Shown piece after piece: positions 24,841 to 35,143 of a DNA stretch of 64,000 nucleotides. Position 1 is the stretch's first letter, and each line of letters begins with the position of its first letter. Where the stretch lies: assembly GCA_013239625.1 (NCBI GenBank), contig MU054391.1, forward strand, positions 7,099,095-7,163,094, given 5' to 3'. A model generated the notes under the pieces. That model did not search any database. It saw only the letters and a list, made by a program, of their open reading frames with translations, and was not told the DNA's origin. This stretch comes from Lama guanicoe. Lineage: Eukaryota. The translations under genes and the position numbers were made by a program.

Positions 24841-27800
24841 TACATGGAGAAATAGCAGATGGAGCCAGAGCACTTGTGACACTGGACGTGCAGTCAGATG
24901 TTTGACGTTGGAGAAGCGGGTGTGCGTGTCTCTTAGAGCCACTCCTTGATTCTGATGCTTTCGAGCTTATCCAGCTGTCCCTGGGTCTCCTGAGGACACT
25001 GCAGCTAAGCTGAGCATCGGCTGAGCAAGATCATACTGTGGTGCATTCAATGCTACAAAGCAGGGTGTGATGGACGATAATAAAACTGAGCTGTGTTGGG
25101 ACCGGGATAAATCCTTGTCTGCTCTATCTCCACTCCCTGCCTCCCATTTGAAATTCAAGAAACTCCCATATGATTCTTTGTCTTGACTATGCCCTACTCT
25201 GCTCAGAATTCCCTCTAATTAGATCAGAGATGCCCAAACCTTCACTTATATGTCCCCAGGGGAGGGAGAAAGGAGCGGTGAATATTGGTGAGATGCTATA
25301 TTTTTAAATTAAATTGAATTCACATTAGTTCCTTCTTCTGGAACTATCTGAATATCCTTTGAAATAATTAGAGATGCCCAGGGTGTTGTGGACCCAGAAT
25401 TAACAGTTACCACACTGCATGTGTGTTGGGGGGGCTGCTGGCAGGGTGATGATGCAAGCCTGTACCCACAAAGTCACGTGACAAACAAGTGAATGACAGG
25501 TCAGAGCTGATGATCTCTATCCCCACTTCCTCTCTTCCCCAGCTGGAGACTGAGGTGGCATATGCAGGGTCCTGTAATTGGCAGAACACAGACCAGAACC
25601 CAGGTCTCCAGTGCCCCAGAACCACACCCTGTCCAGGACACCTCAGATTCCAGAAAGATCTGTGGGAATTTTTTTACTGAGCCTATGACCTCACTGTTCT
25701 GGGAGGAAAAATCACAGGGCGTGGCTGAGACCCAGGTCACACTTAGTGTGGAGATCGGGGAGGGGCACTCTCTCTCTGGGGACTTGGGTTTCCTTAAGGA
25801 TGGAACCTGAGGGCTGGATTGGGGGCAGATCTGAAACTCAGAATTAGTTTTTGGAGCCAACTTACTCTTAGAGTCCCTTTGGACGGTGTGCCCTTTGTCC
25901 CTTCTCTCCTTTTGGGACAGAAGCCTCGATCACCTTCTCCATTTCACCCAACATAGAGCTTCCCTAGAACCAGGTCATCCTCACTTGGGGGGGGCGCGCA
26001 GAAGGTGGGTTTAGGGGAGCAGCTAATTCAATCCAGGCACCAGGAATCTGGTGACAGCGTTCCGAGCCCAACCTGCCCACCTCTACACAGACCTCCACTC
26101 CTCTGCGGGTTGCTCGGGTGGGACACCCTAAAGCTGAGCCCAGAATTCTCAAATTAGCTATGCAAAAGATACATCAGTTACCTCTGGAAGGCAGAGAGAA
26201 AGAAGGGGAGGGGAGAGGTTATTCATGGAGTTAGGGCTGGGAGGAGCAGTAAGAGAATAGGGTTCAATTTACTGCTGCTGTTCAGACCCCTCCACAGCCC
26301 TGTTCCAACGGGGGATCCAGCTGGGAGCTCCCAGATCGTCTGTGCACAGGCCTGACCTGTCTCCTTGGGCCCTTTGTGTGGTGATCACACGTCCACCCAT
26401 TTTCATCCTTCAGATCTTTCAGAATCTACAGGCACGTATGACCCTGTGCTCGCACTAGGCCACCATCTCTCCACCTCCCGTTCCCCCCACTGGGTTTTCT
26501 TCTGCAGGTTAAACAGCTTTAGTTATTGTACTTAGAGAGTGGTGTGGCCTCGCCTTTCATACTGGGTCATTCCCTCCAGACAGGTGCACCGCCATCCTTA
26601 TGGCGCTCCCGTGTGAAGGCCGGCCCTGAGTGTGGTTTTGTGAGTGTAGTGGGAGCCGCAGAGAAAACCAGAAAAGTTACTGCCTTTGTTTCGGGCTCGC
26701 AGATGCACATCTGTGCAGCCCAGCACCATGGGGTATGGGGTCTTCTCCCCCGAGACTGGCAGAGTGGCACGTCAGCTGCAATCTCGTGGCCACAAACGTG
26801 CTGGCTTCATGACTCAGTAGAATACCGTACACTTTAAAGATGAGAATCACACTTTAAGAAGAAGGTTAATATTTTTTAGCCTCCGAACTTTGGTAAGGAA
26901 GGGTCGGCATGATCTGGAGAAACCACAGAAGAGCCTAGCATTCGGTTGAAATGACTTGCAGGTATTTTCGGTACTGCTGCTTCCAGTTGCATTCTCATAT
27001 ACAGGACAGAATGTGCCAGATGTGCACATGATTTACTGAAAGGTGCCGTGTTGGCCAAATGACAAGTTAACAGAGCAACGTACAGATCCCATGCAGTTAC
27101 CAGAACCGACTGCCCAGCCTTTTAACGTGAGAACATCCTTTTTCGGGCTCTCCAGTAACCACAAATCTATCCAAGCTACTGGGAGCTAAAGACAAAAGAA
27201 AAAGTCTCTTCCTTGTAAGAACTTGTCTTACAAATAGGACTTTTCCAACAAGATTTGAAAGCACCATCCAAAGGAGACGTGGGAAGGGGGACGCAGTTGT
27301 GTGCCTCTGGCTCTAGCTCTCAATTTTCCCAAAGAACGCGAAGGCCCATGGTTTGTGAACCAGGATTCCCGAGTTTTCCCTCCTACTCTGGTGTGTAACA
27401 TTCGATGGTGGACTCTCTGGTCGTGCCTAAGGAAACGGCTTCGGCATGAGAAAACAGCCCAACTCTCATTCTACATACAGCCTGGGCAGAGTGGGGCACA
27501 AGACAGTCCTAGATTGTAAGCTAAAAGTTTGGATTCACAGGGTCACGCCTGAAGATGTCTGATGCTCGTGTAGCAATATTGTCATATTTTAAAGGATTCC
27601 ATTCTGACTGTGTAATAGCTTTCCAGTTTATCACCATTTAAAAACTATTTTTAGTTAATTGGACAATAATTCAACAACCATATCTTATAATTATTCATCA
27701 TTTTTGTCTATGACTTATGCATTTTAGAGAGTTCTTGTAGAGCTTAAATTCCTTGGAAATGAAGCTTTTTCTGCAGCCATGTCTATTTCAGAAATCTCCT

Positions 27801-30259
27801 AATGGCACGCTTAGTATATAACACCAAATTTCCGTGCTCTGTAACAAATGGATAAGGCCATTTCCACCCTCAGTGCTTTCTCAGTTTGTTGGAGTGCAGC
27901 TTTCTGAATTAAATGTCCTTTCTCGGTAGCTTGCTGTGAATTCAGAAATCAGCAAGGCAAAATCCGATGTCATGAATGGATTTGGTCATGCTGTGCGCCC
28001 AGCTTCTGCTCAGCCCCAGCGTGGACCAGGTTCTGTCCAGTCCAGCGCTGGTCTCCAGCCAGCTTCTCGCAGAAGACTTGCTTAGCCCTCACTCACCTCT
28101 TCTCTCTCCCTCCTCCTCTGCGCGTCACCAGACGCTGACATCATAACCTCTGTGAGGTCATCACAATCCTGCCACCCAACAATGAGCTTTCAGCGGAGTC
28201 TGCAGAGGGCGCAGTTGAAAGGATGAGGGAGAAGGAGAGTAAATGGGAGGGGAGGAGGTGGGTTGAGGGGCAAGATCAGGAGGAAAAAGAGAGACGGGCA
28301 AGACAGGGTGGGGTTGGGGGTAGCCATGCTAGTCTTAACAACAGCCAGTAAGTGGTGGCCCAGCCTGCTCGGGTCTAGAAAACTAGGAGAAAGAAGAAAA
28401 TCATCCGGGAGACCAGTGGTCCCAGGAGCAGGAACCTCCGTGTGAAGTCAGTGGGAGTTGGATGGGGTTCTGCCAATATGCTCTCCAAATGGGGAAGACG
28501 AGCCTTTCTTCCGGTGGCAAAGGTGAATGGCGGAAGGGAGGGTGGAGCATACCGTTGGCCGCCCCCATCAGTACATCAAACTGTCTCCTGTGCTGGCTTC
28601 TCAGGCACCGAATTCACTGCAGAATGGAATCGGTGACTGACATCTGGGGACACCAGAGCCCTATCACCAAACTCTGAGTCTGGATTCTACCTTCTGTTAA
28701 TGGGTTTGCTCTGAGCTGTTAGACAGTCTCCTTGTCTGTTCCGGGTCATTGATTGCCTTCTTGTGGAGTTAAGAATGATACATGATGGGGCATATTTGTT
28801 AAATTCTACTGTATCCAAATGATTTTTCCAATATTCTATCTTATTAACCTGGGAAGTGCCATTTCGATGTACGTGCCAGCATGTGATACTGAGCGTATTT
28901 TCAGGAAGTTGTGCATTTGGCGCCTAACAGGAATCTCCAGGGTCGAATTCCCTTTAGAAGGACGAGGCAGTGGGGACAGGAACTTTGATTCCCAAACCAG
29001 GACCCCAGGAGAGCCCACGGCACCTCTGTGAAATAGGTGACGTTTGCCTTTGCTCTCCAACCCCGTCCTGGTCCCTCTTTCCCTTCGTATGTTCCACAGA
29101 GCTGAGGCACAAGTGGTAATCAGCACACAAATATTCACAGCAAGTGCAATTTCATTGGGATTTTAAGACGGTGGGTTTTCCCCTTGGTTTTGTTATGTTT
29201 CTGAGTCGGGATAGGGTGGTGGTCAGAGATGTCTCAGAATAGCCAGCTTGTGTAGACAGGGGTCTACACTTGGGTCCCCAGCCGGAGCACAGGTCCTGAA
29301 GCACTTCTTCTCTCCCGGGTCTCTTTAGCCTTCTTTAATGGATGACCGAGGAAACAAAAGAAAAACCAGTTTTTCTACATCCAAGAAGGACTTAGAGTCT
29401 GGGGACGTTCCCAGGGCTCTCATTTCACAGCTTGGGGTCAGGACTTCACACCTGTAGAGGTGCCGCCCACATCCCACCTGGAGTGTGGGTGGGGATCGCT
29501 TACCGCTGGAGCTTTGCACTTTCACTGACTCAAAAACTGATGAATTTGGTAATGTTCCTTCCTCCATTCTCCATGACAACCAACGCCTGGTCATCGCTTG
29601 ACCATATAACTGGACAGTTAGATCATTGCAGCAGCCACCTACTTCCGTTGTCGTCTGCTGCCCAGCCTTCCTGCCACCCTATATGGCCCGCCCACCATGG
29701 CCAGATTCACTTCCATTAAGTGGAGATTTCATAGGTTTTCACTCCCTGCTTATAAGCTTTTAATGGTTCTCCAGGGCTTTCCGTTTAAAGCACCAACTCA
29801 CTAGGCTGCCATTAAGTGGCCGTGATGTGTTGGTCTCAGCCTGCTTTCCCATATTAACCACTCAATAAACCCGTGTGGGTTTAACTGGTCTACTTCATGG
29901 GATTTTTTTTTTGATACGGCTGGATTTAAATCTACCATCTTACTAGCTGTTTTCTATTTGTGCCATATGTTCTTTGTTTTTTCTCCTCATTTTCTGCCTT
30001 CAATGACTTTACTTGAATACTTTTTTGTGATTCCATTCTATTTCCTAATTGACTTACTACTTATAGTTCTTAATTTTTTTTAGTGATTTCTCAAATGCTT
30101 ACAATTTACATCTTTAATTAGAATTTATTTAAAAATAATACAATGTGTAGGGGAAGGACCTTGTAACAGTACACTCCTGTCTCCCCTCCCATCTTTTGTG
30201 CTTTTATTTTCATATATGCTACTGACACACAGAGCATTGCCACGATTTTGGTTTAGATT

Positions 30260-30440
30260 CAGGACTGATAAACTATGTCATATGGTCTAACACCTGTTTT
30301 TATAAATAAAGTTTTATTGACAAAGTCATGCCCATTTGTTTACCTGTCGTCCATAGCTGTTTTTGTGCTCTGATGGGAGAACTTAGTTTCAACAGAGACC
30401 ACATGATTCACAAAGTCCACAATATTTACTCACTGGCTCT
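30260..30440. mobile_element. MER58A-like hAT transposon nested in L1
   Basis: caggactgataaactat...tgtttttataaataaagttttattg...catttgtttac...aacagagaccac...aatatttact. Confidence 0.75.
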
Positions 30441-30590
30441 CTTGCATGGTTTCTGATGAGAAGTCTGCTATAATTCTTATCTTGTTCCTCTGTGTAATTT
30501 GTCTTTTCTTGGGCTGACTTTGAAACTTCCTCTTTGCTTTTATTTTCAGTAACTGAGATATGATATGCCTGTGTACCTGCATGTGCCTCA

Positions 30591-30592
<2 letters not shown>

Positions 30593-30625
<33 letters not shown>
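30593..30625. repeat. (GT)16 microsatellite
   Basis: Direct reading. Confidence 0.97.
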
Positions 30626-30627
<2 letters not shown>

Positions 30628-33399
30628 AATATTTACCCTGCTTGATTGCTTGGTGTTCTTTGAGACTCTTGGATCTGTGGTTTTGTGTCTGTCACTAATT
30701 TTGGAAAATTCTGGGTCATTATTTCTTTGAATATTTCTTCTGCCCAGCTATCTCATGCTCTTCTTCTGGGATTCCACTACATGAATGCTAGACTGTTTGA
30801 TATTAACCCACAGCTCTTAGATGCGCAGTTCTTTTTTTCACCTCCCTCATTTTTTTCCCCTCTTTGTGTTTTAGTTTAGGTGGTTCCTAATTACCTTGGT
30901 TCAGCTTCCCTGATTCCTTCTTTATTCTTTATGTTGAGAGTATGGATGAGCCCACTGGAGATATTCATTACTATATATTCCATTTCTAGCATTTTCTTTG
31001 GATTCTTTTAGTTTCCATTTCTCAGCGAAATTACTCATTGGATTTTGCGTATTGTGTACCTTATGCATGAGAGACTTTAACCTATTAATCAGGTTTTTAA
31101 AAATGCATGTCAGATAGTTCCACCATCTGGGTCACATCTCAGTCTGTTTCTTATGATTGCTGTCCTGCAAGGATGTCATCTTGCCTCTTCATTTGCCTCC
31201 AAATTTCTTCTTGAAATCTGGACATCTTGGTAGAACTGTAGAAACTTAGACAAATTGTTTTTATCTCTAGACATGGACCCCATTTTCCACCTGGCAGGCC
31301 TTCTGAGTAGGGGTGTGAGTTAACCTGGGTGGAAGTTGGCCAGGTTTCTGGTTCATTATTGCCGTGGTTACCCTCAGTGCCCCAAACCCTTCAGACTCCT
31401 GTGGGAACACCTTGTGTTTTAGGGTAGAGATGAGTTTGCCCGAGAAAGACCTACGTGCCTCTCAGCTTTAGATCCTCCCTTTGCGCTGGACCTGTGAGAG
31501 GGTCCCTTTGCATGTTATTTGTTCTCTCTCTCTGCTGTTCTTGTCACCCTGCTGTTGGTCTTGTTAGCTCAGATGTGCAGGGTGGCGGGGGGAGAAATTC
31601 TCTGTTGTTCTGAGTAAGCCTTAGAGGAAGGAGGCTTGGTTCTCCGAGGTCCAGAGGCAGTTAAATGACAGCTACACCCCACCGGCCAGTGGGGCTGCAG
31701 TACATCCCTCTCTGCTCTGAACCCGGAGGTTTTCCTTGCTTCATGGCTGCACCGTGCGCACGGGCCCCAGGAATCTTGGGTTCCCCCCAGCACGTGGCCC
31801 TGGGGAGGGCGCACAATGCCGTCTAATTCATGTATCTGTTAGGGTCAATTAGGGTGGTGTGGCCTTCAAGATGCAGCTGTGACCAACTGTCACCCACTCT
31901 CCTTTATCCCCTTGTGACTTCTTTGGCCCTCTTGGATGCCTCAGCCCTAATCTGACCCTCTCCCAAATTTGGGGGTGGGCCCTCTGTGCTTTGGTTCCAG
32001 ACATTTGCTCCCCTTGGTTTACCTTCTCTTCTCCTCCTCCTCCCCTCCTGTGGAACCCAGAATGTCTCATACCTGCCTCTTCTCCCAAGAAACTTGCTTT
32101 GGTTAGCCTGCCCACCAGCACCCAGGGAACGCACTCCATCACTGGTAGATTTCCACACTGCTCTGTGCTCTGCCCTCTGAGCGAGTGAGACAGGGCCAGG
32201 TGGTCCCTGGTTCCCATCTTACTCTTGAGGCCTTGAGCCAGGGAGTATCCTGCTGAAGTCATGAGGTCTACAGCCCAGGGCTGGCCTTGCACCCTCCTTT
32301 CCAAGGAGCCCAAGTCAGGTGATGAGATTAAAGTGCAGCCCTCTGGGGGAATAATTCATTGTTTTTTTCTTTGCTATCCTTTCTGCTCAGGGCATCTACA
32401 AAGCTCACCACTGATGTCACCGCCCAGGGCTTTCAGGAGACCTGTCAATTGCACACCTACCTGTATTGTCTCATGAGGCTCCCGTGAAGAGGGATGGTCA
32501 CCCTTTCTGCCTCCCCTCCCACTTGCAGAGCCCTTTCAATTGTGTAGGTAGCTAATCTGGAAAATTTCAGAATTCCCAGGATAATAGAGTTATTGTCACT
32601 GCCTAGAAGGCAGGAGGTTTCCAGCTAGTATAGGGCAGTTTAGATCATTCTCGCTCATTGCTTTTATATGCAGAGACAAGTTCTGACTGTTGAGGAGTTG
32701 TAATTGTTTAGTCAGCAATCTCTGGGTGTCCCTCCTAGGAGGGAGTCAGCAGCCTGCTGGGTCTTGAAGCTGGGCATGCAGGTCACCTCATACCAATGCT
32801 GGGTTACACACTGAACACATCCTACGGGGAATTGCCACTCAATGTATTGGGTTCTAGAATTTAAAAATCTTTAAAGTTAGCAAAAGCCACATATTTTACA
32901 TGATTACTTTTTCCATCCTCAAAGTGGAACTGTCTGTTAAGCATTTGCCTCCCATTTTCCAGATTGTGAAACTGAGTCTTTAGACTCGAGGATGCTTATG
33001 TTGCTTTGCCCTAGCATCACTCCTCCCTCCTTCCTCCTCCAGCGGCTGGAGTAAGTTTACTCATCACTGTGGTTCCTTCTCTTCCGAGTTGAGCTGAAAG
33101 CAGCAGGTCCAGGGATTGGCTCAGGGGATCACCTCAGCTCTCCTGGCTGAGTCACAGCTGGGTGACTGCCTGGTTTCAGACAACGCAGCAAGGGGCCCTC
33201 CCAGGGGGACTCCAGAGAGGGCAGGATCAGCAAGGCAAGAGCTTTGGTGAACCCAACTCAGCTTATACTGAAATGTGATCTAGTGGGTTCCTCTCTAGTG
33301 GCTTGTTGGAAAAAATTCTCCCTACCAATCTGGCCTTGTTTAGATGTTGTGGCAGGAGTGGGGATACCAGGGAAAGCGCCAAGGACACCAAACTTTCAT

Positions 33400-34285
33400 C
33401 TAGACCTAGCTGACTTCTCCAAAGGGCACCAGATGCCTTTCCAACATCTCAGGGATGGCTGGAAAGCATCTTAAACTTAGAGTAGCCGAACTGCACTCCT
33501 GAATTTCCTTCCAAGCCTGCATTTTCCCTCTTCCTTGTGCATCTCAGTAAAGAGCGCTGTGTCCCTCCGTTCTTCAAGCTGGAAGCTGGAAATGGAGATT
33601 TCACCCTTGATTCTCCTCTTTCACCCTACTCTACCTCCACCTGAACCATCCATCTGCAGACCCATGGGTTTTACCTTCAAAATATATCCAAAGTCTTTCC
33701 ACTTGGCCGAACCACCCCTCCCACCCTCCTATCAGCGCGAACCACTGTCATTTGCCGTGGTTTCCAGCAGTAGCAGCCTGTCTGCTCGCTTCCACTCCTG
33801 CCCCCTACAGGCCATTTTCCACATAGCCGAGAAGTGACTTTAAAATGTGAATTAGATCACATGATTCCCAGGTTTCAACCTCTTCTTGGAATATTTAAAC
33901 TCCTTGCCTTGGTCTGCAGGACCCTAAAGCTTTGGTCCTGTTGCCGTCCTCAGCTGCCCCATGGCTCTAACCACTCAGAGAGCTGCCTCAGGACCTTTAC
34001 ACTTGCTGTTTCCGCTCTCGAGAAAGCCCTGGCTCCTCCCACATCTTTGTAGGACTTGAGTGTTTCTTCTCTCCAGGATTTCAGCTCAAGTGTGACCACC
34101 TCTGATCATCTGACCTAAATTGTTTCGCCACCAGAGGTTATTTTGTTCCTTATTTATCTGTCCCTTTCCATGTCTCCCTGCTGGAGAACGGAAGCTCCAA
34201 GCGGGCAGGGACCTGTCTCTCTTGTTCAGAGCTACATGTCCCAGTGCTGGGGCAGAGCCTGACAAGTATTTGCTTAACGAGTGAA
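33400..34285. mobile_element. L2 LINE fragment abutting the promoter CpG island
   Basis: ggatggctggaaagcatcttaaacttag...ccttcaaaatatatcc...ttagatcacatgattccc...aagctccaagcgggcagggacctgtct...aagtatttgcttaacgagtgaac. Confidence 0.7.
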
Positions 34286-34672
34286 CGCCGCAGGGGTGCT
34301 TGGTCTTTCGGATAAAGGTGGACCCGTGGCGAGAAGCTAAGTGTAAATCTCAGTAGGGCCAACACGGCTGCCGCGGCCTCGGTGTGGCTGAAGAAAGGAA
34401 GGGCGGGTCGGAAAGGTTCGGGGACGTGCCCAGATCCCACAGCTCAGGAAGAGTCAGTTTACCAGGCTGCCCACTGCACTCGGTTCGGGAAATATCAATC
34501 TAAACTGTTGAATTAAATAGAAGACTTTGGGGAGGAAAATCAGAAACATGGCCTAAGGTCCCAAGCCCACAGGAAAACTAAGTCGAACTTCCTGCGAGAG
34601 ATGCTCCGCCGCCTAGGGCCGGGCGGGCCCTGAAAGCGGCCGGGTCGTCTGCATCTCGTGAGGCCCCTCGTG

Positions 34673-34729
34673 CCGCCCCGCTCGCCCCGGCCCGCCCCGC
34701 TCGCCCCGGCCCGCCCCGCTTGCCCCGCC
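34673..34729 (+). repeat. 3x 19-bp GC-box tandem repeat in the core promoter
   Basis: CCGCCCCGCTCGCCCCGGC at 34673 and 34692 (identical), with a variant copy at 34711. Confidence 0.9.
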
Positions 34730-34739
34730 CCCAGGGGCC

Positions 34740-34814
34740 GGGCCGCGCTGACAGGGAGCGCGCGGCGGGCTGGGTGTTTGCATACAAAGGCGGCCACGCG
34801 CGCGGCGCCGCACG
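34740..34814 (+). other. LPIN1: LPIN1 non-coding first exon (5' UTR); start approximate
   Basis: ...GGGCTGGGTGTTTGCATACAAAGGCGGCCACGCGCGCGGCGCCGCACG|gtgagt. Consensus donor, no ATG, and close resemblance to the recalled human LPIN1 5' UTR that splices to the exon carrying the start codon. Confidence 0.8.
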
Positions 34815-35134
34815 GTGAGTAGCAGCCTCCGCGCCGCCCGCCTCAGGTGTCGACTCAAGCTGAGCCCGGGACGGGCGGAGCCCCAGCGGATGCCGAGGTA
34901 GGGGCCGCCGCCTCAGCTGGGCCCGGCGGGGAGGGCAGGGGCGGGGCGCGGCCGGGGGCCGAGGGGCGCGGCCAGGCCGGAGCTGGCCGGGGGGCGGGGG
35001 CCGACCCGACACCCGGGGGCCGCCGTCTGTCCCCGCAGCCATTTCGGGGCTTGTGGTTCGGGGAAGGAGGCGGAAAAACAGGCCTGGGAGCCCCGCGGCC
35101 TCGTGAGCATCCCTCGGGCCTTCTCCCGCAGGGC

Positions 35135-35143
35135 TGACCTTGA
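35135..35143 (-). promoter_or_regulatory. Candidate ERR response element (TCAAGGTCA) in intron 1
   Basis: TGACCTTGA, a perfect ERRE consensus, about 320 bp after the exon-1 donor. ERR/PGC-1alpha control of lipin-1 through first-intron elements is established. Confidence 0.55.

Larger units (their letters stand above)
29870..31650 (-). mobile_element. Old L1M element interrupted by MER58 and a GT repeat
   Basis: L1 antisense motifs (ggtttctgatgagaagtctgct; ttttggaaaattctgggtcattatttctttgaatatttcttctgcc). Boundaries approximate. Confidence 0.65.
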
